Source: an uncultured Candidatus Peribacteria bacterium (lineage in GTDB: Bacteria > Patescibacteriota > Gracilibacteria > UBA1369). From it: a stretch of DNA of 64,000 bases. Below the pieces are notes generated by a model. It searched no databases. It had not been told where the DNA came from and saw only the letters and a list, made by a program, of their open reading frames with translations. Position 1 is the first letter of the stretch. Every line of letters begins with the position of its first letter. Shown piece by piece: positions 45,840-54,951 of this stretch. The stretch covers positions 35,548 to 99,547 of the forward strand of contig CAZUXI010000001.1 in the NCBI GenBank assembly GCA_964624115.1, given 5' to 3'. A program made the translations under genes and the position numbers.

Positions 45840-47081
45840 ATGCATCCATCAAAATTCCTTTACGCGATTTTAAGCTTTTTCCTTGGCGTCACTGGGGGTA
45901 CTCAATGTATGGCGAATGATTTTTTTTATCCAAGCGATGTTAACGAATCTCAATACAAAGCGGCTTTAGAGTATTTATATGATCAGAAGATTATGCAAGG
46001 ATATGACGATGGCACGCTCAAGCCCGATCAACTCGTCAATCGGGCAGAATTTTTAAAGATCCTCATGGCATCCAAAGGCGTCGAACCTGATGGCGAAAAT
46101 TGTTTTCCCGATGTTGATACTCAGTGGTTTGCGGAATATGTGTGTAAGGGAAAGGAGCTTGGACTGATTCGAGGTTATCCCGACGGGTTGTTTCGTCCTG
46201 AACAGCCGGTTAATTTTGTAGAAGCTGCTCAAATGATCTTCCCTGATGTGACTCTTGAAGACGTTGAAGATAATTATCTCGAAGCTTCTTCTGATGCTCC
46301 TAATCCTGAATATTGGAATGATGTTACTACACCATGGTACCGGCCTGCCGTTCTGATGCTTGAAAATAAGCAAGCTATCCCTTTCGAAGTCAATTCATTT
46401 TCACAACTCCTTCGTCGAGGAGAAGTTGCAGATATTTTTTTTAAACTTGAGGTCAATCCTGATGTGACCACCAATAGCTATGATAGAATTTTGGCCATGG
46501 ACCCTCATTTATCTACAGAAGAGAAAGATTCTTTTTCACCCAGAAGATATTTAACTTATGGGCCAGAATACTCTGAGTTTCCTTATTATAAGGACAGTAA
46601 GTATGTTTATTATAGCGATGCATCAGGAAAGCTGGTCATGCTTGAGGGTGCCGATGCAGAAACTTTTGAAGAATGGAACCCAATGGGAGGTTTTTTCAGT
46701 GATCAGCACTCGGTTTATTCGATTAATACGGTTGCTCCACTTGTTATCAGTAAAGTTGAAGGTGCCAGCCCGGATACTTTTCAACAAAATTACCAATTAT
46801 TTTTCGATGAGCATTCTCTTTATACACTTTCTTCTGACGGTACACATAAACCTCTTCCCGATTTTGAAATTTCATCAATGGAAAATTATGATGGCACAAA
46901 TTTTATCCCCATGTTTTCTGACATTCAGGGCATTGTTTACCCAATTTTTAAAGACGGAAAGTTCTTTTATGTTTATGACTTTCAGTCACAAAAATTATTA
47001 AAGTTTACAGAATTCAATCGTGATGAGTTCATCAAAAAAACCAACTCGTCGATTTGGAAACGTATTTATAATGAGGTTTAA
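45840..47081 (+). CDS. Secreted protein with two SLH-like repeats and DKNYY-type repeats
   Basis: Signal peptide MHPSKFLYAILSFFLGVTGG. SLH-like segments (YLYDQKIMQGYDDGTLKPDQLVNRAEFLKIL; GLIRGYPDGLFRPEQPVNFVEAAQMIF). C-terminal YYKDSKYVYY ... GADAETFE ... SPDTFQ repeats. Confidence 0.55.
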   Translation: MHPSKFLYAILSFFLGVTGGTQCMANDFFYPSDVNESQYKAALEYLYDQKIMQGYDDGTLKPDQLVNRAEFLKILMASKGVEPDGENCFPDVDTQWFAEYVCKGKELGLIRGYPDGLFRPEQPVNFVEAAQMIFPDVTLEDVEDNYLEASSDAPNPEYWNDVTTPWYRPAVLMLENKQAIPFEVNSFSQLLRRGEVADIFFKLEVNPDVTTNSYDRILAMDPHLSTEEKDSFSPRRYLTYGPEYSEFPYYKDSKYVYYSDASGKLVMLEGADAETFEEWNPMGGFFSDQHSVYSINTVAPLVISKVEGASPDTFQQNYQLFFDEHSLYTLSSDGTHKPLPDFEISSMENYDGTNFIPMFSDIQGIVYPIFKDGKFFYVYDFQSQKLLKFTEFNRDEFIKKTNSSIWKRIYNEV

Positions 47082-47082
47082 T

Positions 47083-47168
<86 letters not shown>

Positions 47169-47229
47169 ATGGTAACTTAGCCAAAAGCTTCGCAAGTATA
47201 AAAGAAGGCTTTTAAAAAATCTAGAGGGT

Positions 47230-48345
47230 TTATTTGGGTTTTTGATTTGCTTCCAAAAGCGCGCGTAAGCTTGAAAGGCGATCTGATACTGTAGTTAGTT
47301 GCTGGCGCATTTGTGCCGTACTGAGTGCAGGTGTTGATTCTTGTTTGTTTTCGCCAAAAAGGTTCATTACCCGTTGTAAAAAACCGGTTGATTCGGCGAT
47401 CTGAGGTTCTTTTTTCTGATTTTCTAAATTGTTTCTCATGCGGATAAGTTCACGGATGAGTCGCTTGATGGTTTCCGGGTCGAATTCTTTGGCAATGACA
47501 CTCAGGTTACTACCGTATATTTCCAATACTCTTACGAGACATCTTGCCATCACCAGCTCCATTTCTTCTAAAAGCGCTTTCCAGTTTTCCAGGTCCTGTG
47601 AAGTTGGTTCCAAGCCATAGAGTTCACGTTCTTCGGCTTGACCGTGAATATTATTTGCTGCTTTTCTTAAATTTCCTACCTGGCTAGCTGTCTGCATCAC
47701 AGTCGTTTGAATACCTAATTGTGTTGCCTGCAAAATTGAGACCAGGTAATCATCGATTATTTTAAACATTTGGAGAGCGTTTTTGGGATCTTCAAAAAAG
47801 CCATCAATGAAGTAAAGTCTGCCAACATCTTCGACCAGGGCGTCGGTTGGTGCTACCGCAGATGTAAGTTCACGATTCGCAGCTCTACCGCTCGATAATG
47901 ATTTTGGCATCTGGTTAAACTGTTGTATGGCAAAATCTAATCTTTCCGCTACGCTTAGGCTATTTCCCTGATTAAGAACCGGCTCTAATGTCTGAGGATC
48001 GACAAGTAAAGGCTGGGCAAAACGGTTCAAGATTTGATCAAGATGTCGCATCACCTGCTGCAACCCTCTTACCAAAGCTGCGGCGGTTTCTATGTTTGCC
48101 TCTCTATCAAGCGCTTTTTTTGCACCGGCGCCGACGGCTTCATTTTTAAAACTTTCAAAGACTACACCCAATTGATAGTGTGCCAAGGCGAGCCTTTCCT
48201 GAATACCAGCAACTTCGCGGCGTGCTAATGTCAAAGCATTTTGGCGGTTTTCCAAAGCTGTTGTACCACCGTCCAGAAATGAAGTTTCATCGATCACGAT
48301 GTCTGGTGCAGCTTGAATCGGTGGTTTTGAGCCTTTTGATGTCAT
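47230..48345 (-). CDS. Hypothetical helical protein (371 aa)
   Basis: Clean ORF with an ATG start and native codon usage. It has no TM or signal peptide, and I recognise no family. Confidence 0.55.
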   Translation of the reverse strand: MTSKGSKPPIQAAPDIVIDETSFLDGGTTALENRQNALTLARREVAGIQERLALAHYQLGVVFESFKNEAVGAGAKKALDREANIETAAALVRGLQQVMRHLDQILNRFAQPLLVDPQTLEPVLNQGNSLSVAERLDFAIQQFNQMPKSLSSGRAANRELTSAVAPTDALVEDVGRLYFIDGFFEDPKNALQMFKIIDDYLVSILQATQLGIQTTVMQTASQVGNLRKAANNIHGQAEERELYGLEPTSQDLENWKALLEEMELVMARCLVRVLEIYGSNLSVIAKEFDPETIKRLIRELIRMRNNLENQKKEPQIAESTGFLQRVMNLFGENKQESTPALSTAQMRQQLTTVSDRLSSLRALLEANQKPK

Positions 48346-48481
48346 TTGAGTGATTTAATTTTCAGGCGGGAATGTTAGGGCGGAAAGACGTTTTTTTCAA
48401 GTGTATTTAAGTATTTTTTGGCGCTTTTTCTTGCCAATGAATGTTTTTGGCCTTAGAGTAGAGATACTTAATGAAGTTAAT

Positions 48482-48940
48482 ATGGTAGCTTTTGAAGACG
48501 AAAGAGAGAGATGTGAAGGGGATGCTGATGTTTTGTCACCAACACCTTTTCAACGAGCACTCGAGGATGAAATGGAAAATGCACGGCATGAACCTGTAAG
48601 GAAAAGAGAAATTGAGGTTCGAAGTCTGGTTGCACAAACTCTTTCTCCTGAAAGACAACAACAGATTGACGGTTTTAAAGCTGAGCTTTTAGCTTTACCT
48701 AAAGAGCTTAGGGCTCAACGTGTTGCTGAAATGCGAAAACAGGACCCTGACCTTATTAACTCGGTTCAAGCAAGTTTACGTGCAAAATCTGAAGAGACCG
48801 CGCAACAGCTTCAGGCGGTTCGTGATAGCCATGCTCAAGGGCAACAGACGGATGCTATGATTATTCGAGCCATGCAAAAGGTTGGCAATGATACTTTGAA
48901 TGCCATTGAAGATGTTCGGAAGAGAAGGAGAAGCGCTTAG
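48482..48940 (+). CDS. Hypothetical charged/coiled-coil protein (152 aa)
   Basis: ORF 48401..48940; the start is taken at ATG 48482 (MVAFEDERER...). It is divergent from the 371-aa gene and sits upstream of the radical-SAM-like gene. Confidence 0.45.
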   Translation: MVAFEDERERCEGDADVLSPTPFQRALEDEMENARHEPVRKREIEVRSLVAQTLSPERQQQIDGFKAELLALPKELRAQRVAEMRKQDPDLINSVQASLRAKSEETAQQLQAVRDSHAQGQQTDAMIIRAMQKVGNDTLNAIEDVRKRRRSA

Positions 48941-49010
48941 TTGGGTTTTAATGAATGGTTAAAAAATCCAAAGGGTTTCATGTGGATGTTTTTTGCTTTT
49001 TAAGAATATA

Positions 49011-49038
49011 TTGACAATTAAATATAGCATTTTATAAT
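49011..49038 (+). promoter_or_regulatory. Consensus sigma-70 promoter
   Basis: TTGACA (49011-16), 16 nt, then TATAAT (49033-38), 22 nt upstream of ATG 49060. Confidence 0.6.
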
Positions 49039-49059
49039 CAGTACTTCGTTAATTTTTCC

Positions 49060-50742
49060 ATGAGGAAATTACCACTTTTTCCATCGCCACGTGAAGGGAC
49101 GCAGGCCTCTGGAGAACAACATAAAGCTTCTGAAACTGAGGGCCTTCCTTTGACTGAATTTGTGGTCCAAAATACCAAGGGCGAGGTTGAAGGAACACTG
49201 GAAAATGAAAAAATCCTTACGGCTCGGAAACTTGCGAAAAGTTTTTGTCAGCAACCTTATCCGCTTACTCTTCAGGGTGAAAATTTAAAAGCCCTTCTTA
49301 CTGCTCTCCTGCAGGCTCGAGATGATCAAAAACTTTTGGAGATGTTTGATCAAATTCCTACGGTTGAAAGTCCGCGGCTTGAACTTTTTCGGGATTTGAA
49401 TTTCACACCGAATCAAGAGTTTGAGCTCTTTTTGCATCCTGGGATTACCAATATCCAGGTCACCAAAGGGTGTAGTCATAAGTGTACTTTTTGTGCGGCA
49501 TCAGCTAAAGAAGGTGTTGATCATATGCCTTTTATGGCTATCCTTAAAATTGAACAGGCAAAAAAGACTTTTTATCAAAAATTGCGGAATTTGCGTGAAG
49601 AAATAAATGTTATGGCGGCAGAGAAAAAAGATGGCGGTGTTCTTGAGGTCCTGATGGAACAAAGAGAAGCGCTTATTGCACGAGGATTCAGTCCTCAACT
49701 TCTTGATGATCTTCTTCAAAAACTTCGGAGCTTTTTTGCTCTTGAGGATCAGTATATGGCGGGCCTGGATATCCCTCTTTCTTCTAAAGCTTATGAAGAT
49801 TATCAAACGATCCTTTATTGTCTGCCGGATGACATTGATGAAGAGGTAGGTCACGAAGGTATTGAAGCTATTTATAAGGGCATTTTGGGACTTCTTGAAC
49901 ATTATAAGGACACTGAAAGGCCGCAGCGTGGCGATCAACAGTCTCGAAGTTTAGCGCAGGATGTTGCAGCCATTTTATGGAATCGAAAACAACTTTTCCC
50001 TACTTTTGAAACGTTGCTTTTTGTGTATGCCGGAAGGGATAAGTCCCCTACTACGAATTATTACGATAGTGACCCTTTGGATTACCGGGATAAAAATTTT
50101 CTCCATGCGGATGGAACTATGGCTGATTTTGGTGATGTGGTTGAGCTTTTGACTCAAACTCAACTGGTGCATGTGACCACAGCCGGCTGGAATCCAAAAG
50201 ACAAGATTGCAGGGAAAGCGGCTCGTAAAATTGCTAGAATTGCTAAAAGTAAACTGCCGAATTTACGACTTAGTGTGAATCCATATGAAGTTCAAGCGCT
50301 TAAAAGCTATGAGCGATACTTAGAATCAATCACAGAAAATGTGGAAATTCTTACTCCTGTTTTACGTGAAGTGCTCTTTTTTTTGCGATCAACACTGACG
50401 GAAGTGGGTGGCAAAAAATATTATAAAACAGATCCGGAACATCAACGATTTCATCTTGAGGTGGTGGTGCCGATTGTTCGGATGATCGAGAAACACAATA
50501 AGTCTTTAGGGCTTCGTGCAGATAGTTCTTATATTAAAATTATTTATGCAACAGTTTCTGATTTTTCTGGGCCCAGTGCGGTAAAAGGTTCTGAAGATCA
50601 TGATGTTATGGCCTGTATGCCGGGTCTTCATATTTGGCCGGATGGGACGGTGAGTTTACAGGCTGGAAGCAATCTAGACAAGGTACCTCTAGGAAGTCGA
50701 CCTACACCAACTGGAGCCAAATTGCCTTTTGGGGTAGCGTAA
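49060..50742 (+). CDS. Radical-SAM-like protein with a large insertion between the CxxxCxxC cluster and the rest of the core
   Basis: tgt agt cat aag tgt act ttt tgt at 49471-49494 gives C138-x3-C142-x2-C145 (KGCSHKCTFCAAS). GGEPL-like YYDSDPL appears only at aa 334-340, followed by VHVTTAGW and LRLSVNP, which resemble later core strands. Confidence 0.5.
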   Translation: MRKLPLFPSPREGTQASGEQHKASETEGLPLTEFVVQNTKGEVEGTLENEKILTARKLAKSFCQQPYPLTLQGENLKALLTALLQARDDQKLLEMFDQIPTVESPRLELFRDLNFTPNQEFELFLHPGITNIQVTKGCSHKCTFCAASAKEGVDHMPFMAILKIEQAKKTFYQKLRNLREEINVMAAEKKDGGVLEVLMEQREALIARGFSPQLLDDLLQKLRSFFALEDQYMAGLDIPLSSKAYEDYQTILYCLPDDIDEEVGHEGIEAIYKGILGLLEHYKDTERPQRGDQQSRSLAQDVAAILWNRKQLFPTFETLLFVYAGRDKSPTTNYYDSDPLDYRDKNFLHADGTMADFGDVVELLTQTQLVHVTTAGWNPKDKIAGKAARKIARIAKSKLPNLRLSVNPYEVQALKSYERYLESITENVEILTPVLREVLFFLRSTLTEVGGKKYYKTDPEHQRFHLEVVVPIVRMIEKHNKSLGLRADSSYIKIIYATVSDFSGPSAVKGSEDHDVMACMPGLHIWPDGTVSLQAGSNLDKVPLGSRPTPTGAKLPFGVA

Positions 50743-50772
50743 ATTTCCCAAAATAATTTGGGAGGGTTTTTC

Positions 50773-50848
50773 TGGAGCCACTTGTCGGACTCGAACCGAC
50801 GACCCACTGTTTACAAAACAGTTGCTCTACCAGCTGAGCTAAAGTGGC
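50773..50848 (-). tRNA. tRNA-Thr (UGU), CCA encoded
   Basis: Acceptor GCCACTT/AAGTGGC, D arm GCTC-AGCTGGTA-GAGC, anticodon loop TTTGTAA, T loop TTCGAGT, T plus CCA. Confidence 0.9.
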
Positions 50849-50983
50849 GTATGGAAGTTTCTGGTGCGTTGATTTTTCAAGGTATTTGCTGTACGTTTGA
50901 TTTACTGAAGAACAGCAAAGGGGATGATATTTGATGGAGGAGGATTAGTCAATAATCAGATTTGGGGGTACTTTAAAAGGAGG

Positions 50984-51033
50984 AAATTCTAAGCTTTCCA
51001 AGCATCAAACTTTCAAATAAATTCTAAAGTTAA
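50984..51033 (+). promoter_or_regulatory. G-poor AATTCT leader upstream of murB; 41 nt are identical to 63893-63933
   Basis: AAATTCTAAGCTTTCCAAGCATCAAACTTTCAAATAAATTCTAAAGTTAA-ATG. Confidence 0.5.
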
Positions 51034-51951
51034 ATGTCAATTTCAAAAATAACTATTTCTCAATTTCTTGCGCAATTTCCTCATATTCAACAGAGTGTTT
51101 CTTTGAAGAAGTATACGACGTTTCAGATTGGTGGGGAGGCGGATTTGTTTTATGCGCTGAATGATTTAGAAGATTTACCTGGTTTGGTTCTGCTGGCGAA
51201 AGAAAATGATATACCGGTTTTTGTTCTTGGAGGCGGGAGTAATACGATTTTTGCGGATGAAGGGTACCGGGGGTTGGTGATTTTGATGAAGTCAAAGAAT
51301 ATGGTGATTGATGGAGAGCGGATTTTAGCGGATGCGGGGGTGACTCTGGCACAATTGATCCAGGCTTCGATGAAGGCTGGCTTAACTGGCCTGGAAAAGC
51401 TTACGGGACTGCCCGGGACGGTTGGAGGTGCTGTGAGGGGGAATGCTGGAGCTTTTGGGGTGGAAACAAAAGATTTGGTCGAAAAAGTGAAATTGTTTGA
51501 TATGGCAAAAGGTATTGTGGAAGCTACGAACGCTGAGATGGAGTTTTCTTATCGGCATTCACGGGTGAAAGAGACACATGAAGTGGTGTTGCAGGCCACT
51601 TATCATTTTAAAAAAGCTGTTGATAATTCTGCAATGAAAGAGACTCTGGAGATTTTGAAAAGCCGAACGGGTAAGCAACCGGCGGGGAAAACTTCGGGGT
51701 CGTTTTTTAAGAATCCTTCGCCGGAACTGACGGCAGGGAAAGCGTTGGAGGAAGCTGGTTGTAAAGGCATTCAGGTTGGTGGGGTGATGGTTTCTGAGCT
51801 GCATGCTAACTGGATGATGAACGCTGGGGATGGAACGCAAAAAGATTTGATTGAACTGGAGCGAATTTTAAAAGAAAAAGTGCACCAAAAATTTGGGATT
51901 TGGTTGGAACGAGAGGTGCAGTTTGTAGATGAGGTGGGAAATTTTTTTTAG
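51034..51951 (+). CDS. murB: UDP-N-acetylenolpyruvoylglucosamine reductase
   Basis: FAD-binding domain (TTFQIGGEADLF, VLGGGSNTIF), GLPGTVGGAVRGNAGAFG, and SGSFFKNP. Confidence 0.9.
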   Translation: MSISKITISQFLAQFPHIQQSVSLKKYTTFQIGGEADLFYALNDLEDLPGLVLLAKENDIPVFVLGGGSNTIFADEGYRGLVILMKSKNMVIDGERILADAGVTLAQLIQASMKAGLTGLEKLTGLPGTVGGAVRGNAGAFGVETKDLVEKVKLFDMAKGIVEATNAEMEFSYRHSRVKETHEVVLQATYHFKKAVDNSAMKETLEILKSRTGKQPAGKTSGSFFKNPSPELTAGKALEEAGCKGIQVGGVMVSELHANWMMNAGDGTQKDLIELERILKEKVHQKFGIWLEREVQFVDEVGNFF

Positions 51952-52160
51952 GGCAAAAGCTTGCGATGTTTGGAGGGCTGGCGTTGGAGTTGCACGGGTG
52001 CTGTGGCAGTTTGTTGCGGGGCCGGGCGTTTTTTGTTTTCTTTTGCCTGATTCCCAGACCAATGTGAGGGCTGTTTGCAGGTCGTAGCATTGCTACTAAA
52101 AACTTGACGAATTTGGATTTTGGCGTATCTTGATGCAAATTGTTATCTTTTTTTGATTTT

Positions 52161-52904
52161 ATGAGTGAGAAACCTGGTTCAAATGAGGGTGAAAATCTTG
52201 ATCTACCGCCTATTCCTGATGAGATTCGGCAGATTTTGAAAAATCCGCAGGCAGCAAAAAAATTGCTTGGAAGCCTTGAAGAGATTGTTTTGCCTTTTGG
52301 CCAATGGCAGCTGATTATCACTCCTGACAAATATACGATTGTGAATCCTGGTCCAAATGGGGAAAAAAGGTTTTACCAGGTTACTCCAGGTAAATATGGT
52401 GAACCGCTGATTACTGCTGAACCTGATAAGGCTTTTGCTCCACCAACGAATCTCCGATATGTTGATGGTAAAGGGCAAACCACTACACCAAATGAAAAAA
52501 TTGCGGGGATAGTCTGTAAAGATGGGCCCAGATTTAGCCTGTCTTCTCCTCAGGCTCCTGAATTTGTAATTTCTCCTGAAGGGGATTTGATTATTGGTGA
52601 AACCCGTTACGCATTGAACGCTCTTTATAAAAAAGATGACCGACGGATTACAAATTATGATGCTTATTTTTCCAAAGTTAAACCGGCTGAAGTACGTGTG
52701 CTTGAGCTGGGTGACCTGGATCTTTATTCGAAAAGCGAGTCTTCTGCTGCACAAACTGCACCTGTTACAACTTTTATCCCTGCAGCACCACAGCCGGTAA
52801 CACCCCCGGTTCAACAGCAGGAGAATCCGCAAGACCCTGGTTTATTTGAGCGTGTTGAAAACTGGTTTAAGGAGCTGGCTAAGAAGATTCGTAATTTATT
52901 TTAG
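52161..52904 (+). CDS. Hypothetical protein (247 aa) with a Pro-rich C-terminal segment
   Basis: ORF 52140..52904; the start is at ATG 52161 (MSEKPGSNEG). I recognise no family. Confidence 0.5.
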   Translation: MSEKPGSNEGENLDLPPIPDEIRQILKNPQAAKKLLGSLEEIVLPFGQWQLIITPDKYTIVNPGPNGEKRFYQVTPGKYGEPLITAEPDKAFAPPTNLRYVDGKGQTTTPNEKIAGIVCKDGPRFSLSSPQAPEFVISPEGDLIIGETRYALNALYKKDDRRITNYDAYFSKVKPAEVRVLELGDLDLYSKSESSAAQTAPVTTFIPAAPQPVTPPVQQQENPQDPGLFERVENWFKELAKKIRNLF

Positions 52905-52911
52905 CCTGATT

Positions 52912-53604
52912 ATGTACTCTTCAACTGCCAACTGGAGTCACTGTTGGGGTGATGTGTATGGGCATGAGTATAAGCTTCAAGATGTTTTACCTGTACTTGA
53001 TAGATTTGATGCTGAACGAGGGTTGGGAGAGGTTATTCTGGATGTTGGAAGTGGAAAACACCTCTACCTTGATATGCTCACAAGACCTCATTCGATAGTT
53101 GCTGTTGATATTGCGGGGGCAGCTGAAAAAAATGGTAGTGTTTTTGATGGTGTACCTTTGAGCAGAGCAAAGGTTTTGGGTGCTCAGTATGATATTCGAA
53201 AAATTACTGATTCAAGTGCTCGTGAAACCCGCTCGGTGCTGGCAAAAGTTGGAGGATTTTTGGGTGTTGATTGTCAACAGGGCGATTCTCAGCGCCAAAT
53301 TGATACTGTATATTTTGGTGATATTTTTAATTATCTGGATTATCCGGTGGTCTTGAACGGCATCAGCAGATATATGAAAGTGGGAGGGAAAGTGGCTATT
53401 GCCAATCAACCTGGGCGGGGTTATGGACATCTTTTTGCGCCTGAACGACCACAAAATAATACTGAGTTGTTGATGACGTTAGAAAAGTTGGGGTTTGAAC
53501 TGTTATATAGATGGGATGATGTGCTGATTGGGGAGAATGAAAATAACTGTTATACGGTGATGATTGCACGGTTTCCGGAGGAGATCAGTACAGAGTGGAA
53601 GTGA
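52912..53604 (+). CDS. Class I SAM-dependent methyltransferase-like protein
   Basis: Motif I VILDVGSGKH, and post-I/II spacing consistent with a Rossmann methyltransferase. The start is at ATG 52912. Confidence 0.5.
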   Translation: MYSSTANWSHCWGDVYGHEYKLQDVLPVLDRFDAERGLGEVILDVGSGKHLYLDMLTRPHSIVAVDIAGAAEKNGSVFDGVPLSRAKVLGAQYDIRKITDSSARETRSVLAKVGGFLGVDCQQGDSQRQIDTVYFGDIFNYLDYPVVLNGISRYMKVGGKVAIANQPGRGYGHLFAPERPQNNTELLMTLEKLGFELLYRWDDVLIGENENNCYTVMIARFPEEISTEWK

Positions 53605-53780
53605 TTCCCAATGAATTTAATTGACGAATTTTTCCTTTTATAGAGGCCAAATATTAATAATTAACAAGGTTTACCAATAGCTTTAATATAACCGCTTGGG
53701 GCTTTTTTGTTTGGAAGGCTTGTAAATGGGGCTGTTTTTTGCTATTATTATATGAAAACAAAATTTTTATTTCACAAAAT

Positions 53781-54170
53781 ATGCTGAAAAAAATCAAAAA
53801 AGCTCTGGTGATTGGCACCTACACCGTTATGGGCTTCAACCTTGTATCTGTTCTCCCTGTGAGTGCCCAGGGAATGATCTCTGAAAAAGATCAACCATCA
53901 CGTATTTCTGATGCAACGGGTGGAGCTGATGATTTCAGAACCCTTGCTCAGACTTTTTTAAGCTTTTTCCTTGGATTTTTGGGATTCATCGCGGTGATGA
54001 TGATCATTTATGCCGGTATTTTGTATATTACTGCTCAAGGTGAACAAGATAAGGTTGATAAAGCAAAGAAAATTATTACTTACTCTATCGTAGGTATTCT
54101 TATTATCCTCCTCTCTTACGCTATCGTTAGTACTGTTCTTGGTGGTGTTGGTGCAGGTAGTGATCAGTAA
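53781..54170 (+). CDS. TrbC/VirB2-like 'T4SS pilin' small membrane protein
   Basis: Signal peptide ending VSAQG, then two TM helices around a conserved loop (IAVMMIIYAGILYITAQGEQDKVDKAKKIITYSIVGILIILLSYAIV). This pattern is common in Patescibacteria, from memory. Confidence 0.65.
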   Translation: MLKKIKKALVIGTYTVMGFNLVSVLPVSAQGMISEKDQPSRISDATGGADDFRTLAQTFLSFFLGFLGFIAVMMIIYAGILYITAQGEQDKVDKAKKIITYSIVGILIILLSYAIVSTVLGGVGAGSDQ

Positions 54171-54335
54171 AAAGGAGTTTCGAGCGCTTTTGGATGAACG
54201 AGCGCTGGTAAAATCGCCCTAGAAAAGCTTTAAAAAAGACCTGTCGGAAACGATGGGTCTTTTTTTGTTTGTAATCGCTGGGAAACTCAAAGGTCCAAGC
54301 ATCAAACGATCAAATATTGAAATGAAAGTTTTGGC

Positions 54336-54479
54336 TTAGCGCCACTTCTTGATGAATTTTACGACGTCGAAGTTTTTGGGGAGTTTGACGTCGGAGAAAG
54401 CTTTTTGGAGGTCGATCATGGCTTGTTTGAGCTCCATGGCGTCTTTCGTCATTTTTTGTTTTTTTCGTGAGTTGGTCAT
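54336..54479 (-). CDS. 47-aa basic ORF translationally coupled to the 3' end of the PIN gene (possible cognate partner)
   Basis: Own translation: MTNSRKKQKMTKDAMELKQAMIDLQKAFSDVKLPKNFDVVKFIKKWR. Its ATG overlaps the PIN TGA (ATGA). It is below the 60-aa cutoff of the ORF track. Confidence 0.4.
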   Translation of the reverse strand: MTNSRKKQKMTKDAMELKQAMIDLQKAFSDVKLPKNFDVVKFIKKWR

Positions 54480-54889
54480 ATGGTTTTTGGATTAAATTGT
54501 TCGTAAGCGGCAAGAAGTTTTTTATCACCAGTTAGAAAAATATCGACATTATATTCTTGAGTGTATGCCAAAATAATCAAATCATGTGTATGTAATTTAA
54601 TCTTCTTGGTATAAAAATCAAATTTTTTGAACCAGAAAATTTCCTTGGAGCAGAATTTTTTTATATTTTTTCGCCTGAAAGTGTATTCGAGTTTTTGTTC
54701 TTTTATTGTATCGAATAACATTCGGTGAAGTACGTTTTTCACTTCCGCATAGATTATTTCTGGCAATAGAATAATTGAATCTTTTTCAATTAGTTTCATT
54801 ATTTTATTTGTGGTTTCACGATCTTTTTCAATACCCAGGGCATAGGAGATCCAGGTGGAGCTGTCGAAGAGGCAGGTTTTTTTGTGCAT
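54476..54889 (-). CDS. PIN-domain (VapC-like) ribonuclease
   Basis: Four acidic positions lie in the expected order: CLFDSS, IIYAEV, THDLIILAY, LTGDKKL. Confidence 0.7.
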   Translation of the reverse strand: MHKKTCLFDSSTWISYALGIEKDRETTNKIMKLIEKDSIILLPEIIYAEVKNVLHRMLFDTIKEQKLEYTFRRKNIKKFCSKEIFWFKKFDFYTKKIKLHTHDLIILAYTQEYNVDIFLTGDKKLLAAYEQFNPKTI

Positions 54890-54951
54890 AGGGGTTGGTG
54901 ATTTGCTTGAGGATAGTGGAGAGAGTTAAAGGAAAGTTAAAAAAGAGATGA

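Noticed and set aside
51806-52330. 174-aa minus-strand ORF spanning the murB 3' end and the next gene
   Set aside because: It is antisense to two better-supported genes and gives a low-complexity translation. The intergenic part (51952-52160) is moderately GC-rich but shows no coding signal.
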